52,885 nucleotides of DNA from positions 1 to 52,885 of the IMG/VR virus record IMGVR_UViG_3300016461_000001. The stretch is one strand, 5' to 3'. This document shows positions 30,339 to 38,387 of the stretch, piece by piece; position 1 is the stretch's first letter, and the number at the start of each line of letters is the position of its first letter. The stretch is from a virus. The notes under the pieces are model-generated. The model made no database searches. It saw only the letters and a program-made list of their open reading frames with translations, and was not told the DNA's origin. The position numbers and the translations under genes were made by a program.

Positions 30339-31925
30339 ATGGCCCTCCTTGATGAACGGATCGGGCGCATCACCGGCATGGCGCCGGACGCGCGCGCGCA
30401 GCTCGAGAAAGAGGTCATGGCCGCGACCGCGGGCCAGAACTGGTTCCCGAACCCGGGCCCTCAGACCGACGCCTACTTCAGCAAGGCTGACGTGCTGCTC
30501 TATGGCGGCCAGGGCGGCGGCGGTAAGACCGACCTCGGCCTGGGACTCGCGTTCACGGCGCACCGCCGCTCGCTGATCCTGCGCCGGAAGTACGCCAACC
30601 TCGGCTCGCTGACCGAGCGAGCGATCGAGATCCACGGCTCGCGCGACGGCTTCAACGGCTCACCCCCGCCGTCCCTCCGCGCCGGTGACCGCCTGATTCA
30701 GTTCGGCGGCAACCAGCATCTGGGCGACGAGCAGGACTGGCAGGGCCATCCCTTCGACCTGAAGGTGTTCGACGAGGCTGTGCAGTTCCTCGAGTTGATG
30801 GTCCGCTTCCATCTCGGCTGGCTGCGCACGACGACGCCCGGCCAGCGCACCCGCGCCCTGCTCTGCACGAACCCGCCGCTCGACGCCGACGGCGATTGGA
30901 TCATCGGCATGTTCCGGCCGTGGCTAGACCTGACCCATCATCGGCCCGCGAAGCCCGGAGAACTGCGCTGGTACGTCACCGCGCCCGACGGCTCGGACAT
31001 GGAGGTCGACGGGCCCGAGCCGATCCTGATCCCCGGAGCGGAGCGCCCGTCGATCCCGACCTCGCGCACGTTCATCCCGGCCGCTCTGCGCGACAACCCG
31101 TATCTGATGGCGACGCCGGCCTATCAGGCCCGCCTCGACGCCCTGCCCGAGCCGCTGCGCTCCGCCGTCCGCGACGGCAACTTCATGGCCGCCCGTGCCG
31201 ACGCTGACCGCCAGGTGATCCCGACTGCGTGGGTTCTCGCCGCTCAGGCGCGGTGGCGAGCGGACGGCTGGCGGGCCGAGCCCATGTCGGCGCTGGCTCT
31301 TGACCCGGCTGGCGGCGGCAGGGACGCCCGCACGCTCGCGTATCGGCACGGCGGCTGGTACGGCCCGCTGCACAGCGACACCGGTCCCGAGACCGCGGAC
31401 GGCTCCGCCTCTGCTGCGCTCATCGTGAAGGTGCGGCGCGACGGCGCCGGGGTCGTGGTCGACGTCGGCGGCGGCTACGGCGGCTCCGTCACGCTGCGGC
31501 TCGACGACAACCAGATCGAAAACGTCGGCTTCAACGCCTCCGCCGCCTCCACCGCCAAGACGCAGGACGGTAAGCTCGGGTTCGTGAACAAGCGGGCCGA
31601 GGCGTGGTGGAAGTTCCGCGAGGAACTCGACCCAGACCAGGAGGGCGGCTCCGCCGTCGCGCTGCCGGACGATCCCGAGATGCGGGCCGACCTCTGCGCC
31701 CCGACCTTCACCATGCGAGCCAACGGCATCCAGATCGAGAGCAAGGACGATCTGCGGAAGCGTCTCGGCCGCTCGACCGGCAAGGGCGACGCGGTGGTGA
31801 TGTGCATGTCCGAGGGGGCACGGGCGCAGGTGCAGGCCGTGGCGAAGCGTTCGAGCACCGCCCGCCCGACGGTGGCGAACATGGGCGCGCGGCATGCCGC
31901 CGTGCATGCGCGGAGGAGAGCGTGA
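30339..31925 (+). CDS. terL: Terminase large subunit
   Basis: Walker A: LLYGGQGGGGKTD. Walker B: LKVFDEAVQF. Nuclease-half length fits. Confidence 0.85.
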   Translation: MALLDERIGRITGMAPDARAQLEKEVMAATAGQNWFPNPGPQTDAYFSKADVLLYGGQGGGGKTDLGLGLAFTAHRRSLILRRKYANLGSLTERAIEIHGSRDGFNGSPPPSLRAGDRLIQFGGNQHLGDEQDWQGHPFDLKVFDEAVQFLELMVRFHLGWLRTTTPGQRTRALLCTNPPLDADGDWIIGMFRPWLDLTHHRPAKPGELRWYVTAPDGSDMEVDGPEPILIPGAERPSIPTSRTFIPAALRDNPYLMATPAYQARLDALPEPLRSAVRDGNFMAARADADRQVIPTAWVLAAQARWRADGWRAEPMSALALDPAGGGRDARTLAYRHGGWYGPLHSDTGPETADGSASAALIVKVRRDGAGVVVDVGGGYGGSVTLRLDDNQIENVGFNASAASTAKTQDGKLGFVNKRAEAWWKFREELDPDQEGGSAVALPDDPEMRADLCAPTFTMRANGIQIESKDDLRKRLGRSTGKGDAVVMCMSEGARAQVQAVAKRSSTARPTVANMGARHAAVHARRRA

Positions 31926-32821
31926 TGTCTTTCAGGTGGCGTAACCGCAACCGCTGGGGCGACAACGATCGCAACTGGGGTCCCTTCACCTATGCGCGCG
32001 ATACCGCTGGCTACCGTCCTCTGGCGATCGTGATGCAGTCGCGCGGCGACGATGACGACGAGAGCGGCGACTGCACGCTGCGCATCAGCGGCTTCGGTCA
32101 CACGCTCATCGCCACCGTTCCGCCGATCATCCGGCCGTGGCGGCGCTGGGTCGACCTGTCGGACCGCCAGTATTATGGGCCGGACGGCGCTCCGCTGCCG
32201 AAGCGCCCCGATGCCGGCTATTGGGACGTGCACGCGCGCCAGTATGGCTTCACGCTGAGCGGCGCCGGTGACGTTGGCGGGAGCAGCTTCCTGCAGGTGT
32301 TTTTCGGCCCGCAGACGCACGACAGCTCCACGACCAAGCGTTGGTCGAAATTCCTGCCGTGGACTGAGTGGCGGCACGTCCGCCGGAGCTTATACGGCCT
32401 GGACGGCGAGCACATCTGGACCGAGCCGCCAGCCGCCCGGCGGCTCGGCGATGGGAGCTATGAGGCGCTGAAGGCAGCCGAGGATGCCTGCCCTTCCCGG
32501 ACCTTCCCATTCCGCGACTTCGACGGGGAGCCGCTGACTGTCCAGACCCGGATCGAGGAGCGCGAATGGCGCTTCGGCTCCGGATGGTTCAGGTGGCTGT
32601 CCCTGTTCCGCAGGCCGATGATTCATCGCTCGCTGGATCTCCGGTTCTCCGGCGAGACTGGCAAGCGCAAGGGCTCGTGGAAGGGCGGCACGCTCGGGCA
32701 CGCGATCGAGATGCTGCCCGGTGAGCTGCACGAGTCCGCGTTCCGCCGATACTGCGCCGAGCACGGCATGACCTTCGGGCACGGTGAGCAGCCCGCTATC
32801 GCTGAGACAGCCCGCGCGTGA
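31925..32821 (+). CDS. Hypothetical Trp/Arg-rich protein (298 aa) between terL and portal
   Basis: MSFRWRNRNRWGDNDRNWGPFTY... TGATG coupling to terL. Confidence 0.55.
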   Translation: MSFRWRNRNRWGDNDRNWGPFTYARDTAGYRPLAIVMQSRGDDDDESGDCTLRISGFGHTLIATVPPIIRPWRRWVDLSDRQYYGPDGAPLPKRPDAGYWDVHARQYGFTLSGAGDVGGSSFLQVFFGPQTHDSSTTKRWSKFLPWTEWRHVRRSLYGLDGEHIWTEPPAARRLGDGSYEALKAAEDACPSRTFPFRDFDGEPLTVQTRIEEREWRFGSGWFRWLSLFRRPMIHRSLDLRFSGETGKRKGSWKGGTLGHAIEMLPGELHESAFRRYCAEHGMTFGHGEQPAIAETARA

Positions 32822-33009
32822 CAGCCGAGTTCTGGTTCAACGAGTACCTGATGCCCGACGGCAGGCAGGTGCGGTGCTGGGCCGGCGAGACCCGCCGTGA
32901 AGCCGTGCGCATAGGCGGCCACGTGCAGGGGCTGATCGGCGCCCTGGTGGTGCTTCGGTGGCGCGTCGTGCCGCGGCTGCCGGCCGTGTTCGACCAAGGA
33001 GTAGCGTGA
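32818..33009 (+). CDS. Hypothetical protein (63 aa)
   Basis: GTGA overlap start. Track ORF. Confidence 0.4.
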   Translation: MTAEFWFNEYLMPDGRQVRCWAGETRREAVRIGGHVQGLIGALVVLRWRVVPRLPAVFDQGVA

Positions 33010-33188
33010 TGGACGGATCCGGATTTCAGCATCTCGGGAAGGGCCTCGGCGTCTATGCCGGCGCCTTCTTCGGTGTGCCGATGGTCGTCGCTCTATGGGC
33101 TGGCGGCTTCGGCTGGTGGTCGCTCGCTGGATGGCCTGCGAGCGTCGCGGCTGGCTTTGTAGCCGGCGCCTGCTTGGACGAGATGTAG
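33009..33188 (+). CDS. 59-aa membrane mini-protein
   Basis: MDGSGFQHLGKGLGVYAGAFFGVPMVVALWAGGFGWWSLAGWPASVAAGFVAGACLDEM. Confidence 0.45.
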   Translation: MDGSGFQHLGKGLGVYAGAFFGVPMVVALWAGGFGWWSLAGWPASVAAGFVAGACLDEM

Positions 33189-33190
33189 CC

Positions 33191-33460
33191 ATGTCCTCCC
33201 TGTTCTCCGCCCCCAAGATCAACATGCCGGCGCCGACGGTCGCGGCCCCCACGCCGATGCCCGACACGCAGGACCCGCAGGTGCTCGCCGCGCAGAAGAA
33301 GGCGCTCGCCGAAGCGTCAGTGCGCGGTGGCCGGGCCAGCACCATCATGGGCGGCGGCGTCGGGAACAGCGCGCTCGGATCGAGCTCGAACGGCAACGCG
33401 ATCGCCGGCGGCGGCATCGGTGACAGCTACGCTAGCCGCACGCTGGGAGGCGGCCAGTGA
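33191..33460 (+). CDS. Hypothetical Gly-rich protein (89 aa) preceding portal
   Basis: MSSLFSAPKINMPAPTVAAPTPMPDTQDPQVLAAQKKAL... Confidence 0.5.
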   Translation: MSSLFSAPKINMPAPTVAAPTPMPDTQDPQVLAAQKKALAEASVRGGRASTIMGGGVGNSALGSSSNGNAIAGGGIGDSYASRTLGGGQ

Positions 33461-35178
33461 GTATCAAAGCGCGCGTCCAGGATCTGCGCGCGCAGGGCGA
33501 CGTCCTGTTCAGCCGCCGGTCCGGCATCATGTCGCTCTGGCAGGAGACGGCGGAGAATTTCCACCCGACCCGGGCCGACTTCACCCGCCACGACCCCTAC
33601 GGCTACACCGAGGGCCGCGACTTCATGGACGGGCTGATGACCGGCTCGCCCGTGCTCGCGCACCGGGAGCTGACGGATCAGCTCGCCGCCATGCTGCGCC
33701 CCAAGGGCAAGCAGTGGTTCGGCATGACGGTCGGCATCGAGCGGATCGCGCAGGACTCCACCGTCAAGGCGTGGTTCGACGACAAGGCCGGCACGATGCG
33801 CCGCGTCATGGAGGACACGCACTCGAACTTCACCCGGGCGACCAAGGAGGCGGACGGCGACTTCGTCGGCTTCGGCAACGCGGTGATGTCGGTCGAGATG
33901 AATCAGACCCGCGACGGCATCCTGTACCGGACCTGGCACCTGCGCGACTGCGCCTGGGCCGAGAACGCGGCAGGTGCCGTCGACACCATGCACCGGAAGT
34001 GGAGGCTCCCCGCCCGCTCGGTGCTGAAGATGTGGCCCGACAAGGTGGACCCGAAGCTGCGCGAGCGCGCGCAGAAGGACCCGAACAGCCTCGTCCACCT
34101 CCGGCATATCATGCTTCCGTCGGACGAGTACGACTTCGAGAACCCGCGGCCGCGCGCGACGTCCAACCGCTTCCCGTTCATCTCGATCTTCATCGACTGC
34201 GACCACGACACGATCCTGGAGGAGACCCCGCGGCGGCGCCTCCAGTACATTGTGCCGCGCTGGGTGAAGGTGTCGGGTTCGCCGATCGCGCATAGCCCGG
34301 CGGCGGTGGTCGGCCTACCGGACGCGCGTCTGCTGCAGCGCATGACGCTCACGCTCCTGGAGGCGGCCGAGAAGGCGGTGAACCCGCCGATGGTCGCGGC
34401 CGGCGACAAGATCCAGGGCGGGCTCAACGTCTACCCGGGCGGCGTGACGTGGGTCGATGCGGATTACGACGAGCGGTCCGGCGAGGCCCTGCGCATCCTC
34501 GAGGCGGCCTCGTCGAAGACCGGGATCCAGTTCGGCGTGACGATGGCCCAAGCCGCCGAGATGATGATCAAGCGGGCGTTCTACCTCGACCAGATCCGGC
34601 TCCCGCCGGCGGGCGAGGCGATGACCGCCACCGAGATCCGCACCCGCGTCGAGGAGTACATCCGCGCCGCCCTGCCGCTCTTCGAGCCGATGGAGACCGA
34701 CTACAGCGGCGCCCTGTGCGAGGAGACGTTCAACCTGTGCTGGGAGAACGGGTTGTTCGGCAACCCGGAGGCGGACATGCCGCGGCTCCTCGCCGGCCAG
34801 GACCTGCGCTGGACCTTCGAGAGCCCGCTCCAGACCGCGCAGGGCCAGCAGAAGGCGGTGACCTTCCAGCAGGCCGGGCAGCTCCTCGCGGCGGCCGTAC
34901 AGATCGACCCGATGTCCGCGGTGGAGTTCGACACCCGCAAGGCCTTCCGCGGCGCCCTCGACGGCCTCGGCGAGCCGTCTTGGATCGTGTCGGACGAGGT
35001 CGCGCAGCGCGCACGCGAGGCCGCCGCGCAGCGGCAGAGGGAGCAGCAGGACGCGCAGCATGTGGCCGACATGGCGAACGCGGGCGGCGCGGTAGCGGGC
35101 GCCGTCGGGCAGGCCCAGGCCGCCGGGCTGCTGCCGGCCCCGGCCCAGGCGAACGCGGTTGAGGGCGCGCCAGTATGA
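33457..35178 (+). CDS. Portal (head-to-tail connector, podovirus T7 gp8-like)
   Basis: 573 aa. LWQETAENFHPTRADFT...GSPVLAHRELTDQLAAMLRPKGKQWF. Positioned after terL and before scaffold and capsid. Confidence 0.8.
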   Translation: MSIKARVQDLRAQGDVLFSRRSGIMSLWQETAENFHPTRADFTRHDPYGYTEGRDFMDGLMTGSPVLAHRELTDQLAAMLRPKGKQWFGMTVGIERIAQDSTVKAWFDDKAGTMRRVMEDTHSNFTRATKEADGDFVGFGNAVMSVEMNQTRDGILYRTWHLRDCAWAENAAGAVDTMHRKWRLPARSVLKMWPDKVDPKLRERAQKDPNSLVHLRHIMLPSDEYDFENPRPRATSNRFPFISIFIDCDHDTILEETPRRRLQYIVPRWVKVSGSPIAHSPAAVVGLPDARLLQRMTLTLLEAAEKAVNPPMVAAGDKIQGGLNVYPGGVTWVDADYDERSGEALRILEAASSKTGIQFGVTMAQAAEMMIKRAFYLDQIRLPPAGEAMTATEIRTRVEEYIRAALPLFEPMETDYSGALCEETFNLCWENGLFGNPEADMPRLLAGQDLRWTFESPLQTAQGQQKAVTFQQAGQLLAAAVQIDPMSAVEFDTRKAFRGALDGLGEPSWIVSDEVAQRAREAAAQRQREQQDAQHVADMANAGGAVAGAVGQAQAAGLLPAPAQANAVEGAPV

Positions 35179-35477
35179 CCCGCGCCGCCCCCGTCCCGCC
35201 GCGCGATCCCTGGACCCCGGCGCAGCCGAGCAAGGCCGTCCACTACGCGCTCACCAACCTGCAGAACGGCACCGCCAGCGACGTGCAGCAGAAGCTTGCC
35301 CTCGACTGGATCCTGAACGCCGCAGCGCGGACCTACGACCAGCCCTTCAGGCCCGGCGGCGCGGACGGCGCCCGGGCCACGGATTTCTCGGCGGGCATGA
35401 TGTTCGTCGGGCAGCAGATCGTCCGAGCCCTGAAGCTCGACCCGCAGCCCCTGGAAGGACCGGCCCATGGCGCTTGA
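35175..35477 (+). CDS. Hypothetical protein (100 aa)
   Basis: ATGA overlap with portal. Confidence 0.55.
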   Translation: MTRAAPVPPRDPWTPAQPSKAVHYALTNLQNGTASDVQQKLALDWILNAAARTYDQPFRPGGADGARATDFSAGMMFVGQQIVRALKLDPQPLEGPAHGA

Positions 35478-36483
35478 GGACAGCACCGCTCTCGGCAGCG
35501 GCACCGTGCAGACCGAGCAGACCAGCCAGGGGGCCCCAGCGGCCCCCGATGCTCGTCAGGGCCAGGGCGGCGCGCCGGCGGGCGGCGACCAGGGCCGGCA
35601 GGACGGCGGCGAGGGACAGGGCGACCAGGGCGGCCGCTCGCTCGGCCAGGGCGGCGGCGAGGAGCGCCAAGACCCGACCCCGACCGCGAAGTGGCCGGAC
35701 AACTGGCGGGAGGAGCTCGCCGGCGGGGACGAGGCGTTCCTGAAGCAGCTCCGGCGCTACTCCAGCCCGGCGAACTACGCCAAGGCTGGCTACGAGGCGC
35801 AGCAGCGCATCCGGGCCGGCGCCGCGAAGGAACCCCTCCCCGAGAACGCCACGCCCGAGCAACTCACGGCCTGGCGCAAGGACAACGGCATCCCGGAGAA
35901 GGCCGAGGACTACAAGATTGAGCCGGGCGACGGCTTGGTGTTCGGCGAGGCCGACAAGCCGATGCTGGACGCCTTCCGGGCGTTCGCGCACGAGCGCAAC
36001 TGGACGCCGAGCCAGGTGAACCAGGGCGCGCAGTTCGTGGCGCAACTCGGCGAGCAACAGCGCGCCGCCATGGACGAGCAGGACAAGAGCTTCCGCATGG
36101 AGGCGCAGGACGCTCTGCAGGAGGAGTGGGGCCGCGAGTTCCGGCCCAACCTGCAGAACCTCCGCAACATGGTCGACCGCTTCGGCGAGCCGGGCGTGGC
36201 GGACGCGCTGATGGGCGCGCGCGGCGCCGACGGGAAGCTGATCGGCGACAACCCCGCCTTCCTGCGCCTGATGAACGCTCTGGCCCGAGAGGTGAACCCG
36301 CTCGGCACCGTCGTACCGGCCGGCGTGCAGGACGGCGGCAAGGCCGTCGAGACCGAGATCGCCGAGCTGAAGCAGATGATGCGGAACGATCCGGACGCCT
36401 ACTACAAGGCCGACGGCGGCAAGAACGAGAAGCGCTACCGACAGCTGTTGGAAGTGCAGAACAAAATGCGTCAGCGCGGTTGA
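35467..36483 (+). CDS. Scaffolding protein (by position and composition)
   Basis: 338 aa with a Gly/Gln/Asp-rich N-terminus, a helical body, and a position between portal and capsid. Confidence 0.55.
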   Translation: MALEDSTALGSGTVQTEQTSQGAPAAPDARQGQGGAPAGGDQGRQDGGEGQGDQGGRSLGQGGGEERQDPTPTAKWPDNWREELAGGDEAFLKQLRRYSSPANYAKAGYEAQQRIRAGAAKEPLPENATPEQLTAWRKDNGIPEKAEDYKIEPGDGLVFGEADKPMLDAFRAFAHERNWTPSQVNQGAQFVAQLGEQQRAAMDEQDKSFRMEAQDALQEEWGREFRPNLQNLRNMVDRFGEPGVADALMGARGADGKLIGDNPAFLRLMNALAREVNPLGTVVPAGVQDGGKAVETEIAELKQMMRNDPDAYYKADGGKNEKRYRQLLEVQNKMRQRG

Positions 36484-36623
36484 CCTTTCCCCGTGACTGA
36501 GGCAGCAAATCAGCACGCGGAGCGACCAGTGTACGCACTGGCCCCCTCGCCAAAGCGAAGCCCCTTCGAGCGCTTCACCCGGCCCCGCCTCGGCGGCCAC
36601 CCCGGGCCCCCGCCGAAGGCCAC

Positions 36624-36664
36624 CCTGTCGCAGCGGCTCACCCGAGACCTCTGAGCACGACAGG
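36624..36664 (+). promoter_or_regulatory. Leader hairpin that pairs part of the capsid-gene Shine-Dalgarno
   Basis: CCTGTCG (36624-36630) pairs with CGACAGG (36658-36664), with inner GCTCA/TGAGC pairing. The SD AGGAG is at 36662-36666 and the ATG at 36676. Confidence 0.45.
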
Positions 36665-36675
36665 AGCGCGGCGCG

Positions 36676-37503
36676 ATGGCCGACTACGCTTTTCTCACCC
36701 AGTTCAAGGACGAGTACGAGGCCGCCTTCGAGCGTCGCACCTCGGACCTGTCCCTCGTCGTCAACACCGACGTGCAGACCAAGGGCAACCAAGCGGTGTG
36801 GGACATCGTCGGGTCGAGCGGCTCGGCCGTCACCCGCGGCCTGAACGGTTTCATCCCGGCCGCGACCCCGGACGAGAACCAGGTGACCATCTTCCTCAAG
36901 GAGTGGCACGCCCTCGACCGGAAGACCGGCTACAACATCTTCGCCTCGCAGGGCGACGGCCGGAAGAAGCTGTCCGACTCGGTCGCGGCCAAGATGGCGC
37001 GCCAGGTCGACGCCGACATCACCGGCGTGCTCGCCGGCGCGGCGAACACCGGCATCGGCGGCCCGATCACCCTCGCGATGATCGAGCAGAACCTCGCCAA
37101 GCTCGGCCGCCAGGACGTGCCGATCGAGAACCCGGACGACATCGTGGTCGTGGCCTCGATCGCCGCCCGCTCCGAGCTCTACCAGATCAACCAGTTCACC
37201 TCGCACGACTGGAACGAGATCAAGCCGCTCGCGGGCCCGGTCCGGAAGCTGGCGCGCTGGGCGGGCGTGACCTGGATCTTCACGAACTCGCTCCCGGGCG
37301 CCGGCACGGCGAACGAGACGATGTTCATGTTCCACAAGGACGCGGTCGGCCACGCCGCCAACGTCCGCGAGGCCGCCGTCGAGGCGGACCGGAACGCCGA
37401 GCAGGACTACTCGTGGGCCCGTGCGACCCAGTTCATGGGCTCCACGATCCTGCAGCAGAAGGGTGTCCTGAAGTTCTCGCACGATGGCTCGGCCATCGGC
37501 TGA
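36676..37503 (+). CDS. Major capsid protein
   Basis: 275 aa in the expected position, with a long structured leader and terminator-like structures after the operon. Family not resolved by eye. Confidence 0.7.
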   Translation: MADYAFLTQFKDEYEAAFERRTSDLSLVVNTDVQTKGNQAVWDIVGSSGSAVTRGLNGFIPAATPDENQVTIFLKEWHALDRKTGYNIFASQGDGRKKLSDSVAAKMARQVDADITGVLAGAANTGIGGPITLAMIEQNLAKLGRQDVPIENPDDIVVVASIAARSELYQINQFTSHDWNEIKPLAGPVRKLARWAGVTWIFTNSLPGAGTANETMFMFHKDAVGHAANVREAAVEADRNAEQDYSWARATQFMGSTILQQKGVLKFSHDGSAIG

Positions 37504-37565
37504 TCGCTGACGCAACCGGCCGGCCCTCCGGGGCCGCCCCTCGCAACTCCATAGAGGAGGCCGGC

Positions 37566-37853
37566 ATGGCCTACGACAGCATCCACGGTCCGAGCATCGT
37601 CCAGCAGGACGTGACCAATTCCGCCCCGGGCGAGTTCGAGTTCTCCGGTTCCGATGCCGCCGCGGTGGTGGCCGCGAACGGCTACATCACCGACGGCGTC
37701 GCCCGGAAGATGAAGGTTGGCAGCCGCGTCCGGTACACGCAGATCAGCGTGACCCCGCCGGTCGTCACCCTGCACGAGGTGCTCACGCTGAACGCGAACG
37801 GGTCCGTCGACCTGTCCGACGGCACGGCGCTCGCCACCACCAACGCCGGCTGA
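37566..37853 (+). CDS. Small capsid-associated protein (95 aa)
   Basis: MAYDSIHGPSIVQQDVTNSAPGEFEFSGSDAAAVVAANGYITDG... GAGGAGG RBS. Confidence 0.55.
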   Translation: MAYDSIHGPSIVQQDVTNSAPGEFEFSGSDAAAVVAANGYITDGVARKMKVGSRVRYTQISVTPPVVTLHEVLTLNANGSVDLSDGTALATTNAG

Positions 37854-37880
37854 TCGTCGGCGCCTCACAAAGCCTTCCGC

Positions 37881-37907
37881 GGGCGGTCCTCACGGGCCGC
37901 CCTTTTT
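37881..37907 (+). terminator. Strong rho-independent terminator after the capsid genes
   Basis: GGGCGGTCC / GGGCCGCCC 9-bp stem (one G-U pair), loop TCAC, then TTTTT. It abuts the next ORF start. Confidence 0.75.
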
Positions 37908-37908
37908 C

Positions 37909-38367
37909 ATGGAGAGAACGATGCCGGTGCAGCTGCGAGAGCGGGACTTCCAGGAGATCGGGTTCGGCCAGGAGCAGCGCTCCGTCGTGGCGCCGGTCGG
38001 CACGACCATGGACGATCTGGAGAAGCCCGAGTTCTGGGCGGCGGTCTCCCGCTACCTGAAGCCCTGGGCCCGCTACAACATCCGGGCCGCGGACGGCTCC
38101 TTCTACCTTGAGATGATCGTGGTCAGCGTCGAGGCCAACAGGCCCGTGCTGCGCAAGCTCTGCGGCTTCGTCGACGAGGAGATGGTCGAGCTGAAGGACG
38201 GCCGCGACGTGATCGACGGCGTCCGGGTCGAGTTCGTCGACGAGGCCACCGGCTGGCGCGTGATCCGCGAGTCCGATCAGTACGTGATCAAGGACAAGCT
38301 GCGCGAGCGCCGCGAGGCCCGCAGGCAGCGGACGATCTACCTCGACGGTATCCGCAAGGCCGCCTGA
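37909..38367 (+). CDS. Hypothetical virion-module protein (152 aa; alternative start at 37921)
   Basis: Track ORF. GGAGAG precedes the second ATG. Confidence 0.55.
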   Translation: MERTMPVQLRERDFQEIGFGQEQRSVVAPVGTTMDDLEKPEFWAAVSRYLKPWARYNIRAADGSFYLEMIVVSVEANRPVLRKLCGFVDEEMVELKDGRDVIDGVRVEFVDEATGWRVIRESDQYVIKDKLRERREARRQRTIYLDGIRKAA

Positions 38368-38387
38368 AGCCGCCGAGGATCTGACCC

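Noticed and set aside
35347-37515. 722-aa minus-strand ORF, with similar long antisense ORFs at 45721..47661, 49379..50590, 50238..51257, 51354..52835, 38844..40400, 43310..44716, 40454..41701, 33427..34293 and 23626..24651
   Set aside because: Their products are Arg/Gly/Pro/Ala-rich and low-complexity. They lie antisense to well-supported structural or replication genes and lack RBS or coupling. This is the typical shadow-ORF artefact of high-G+C DNA.
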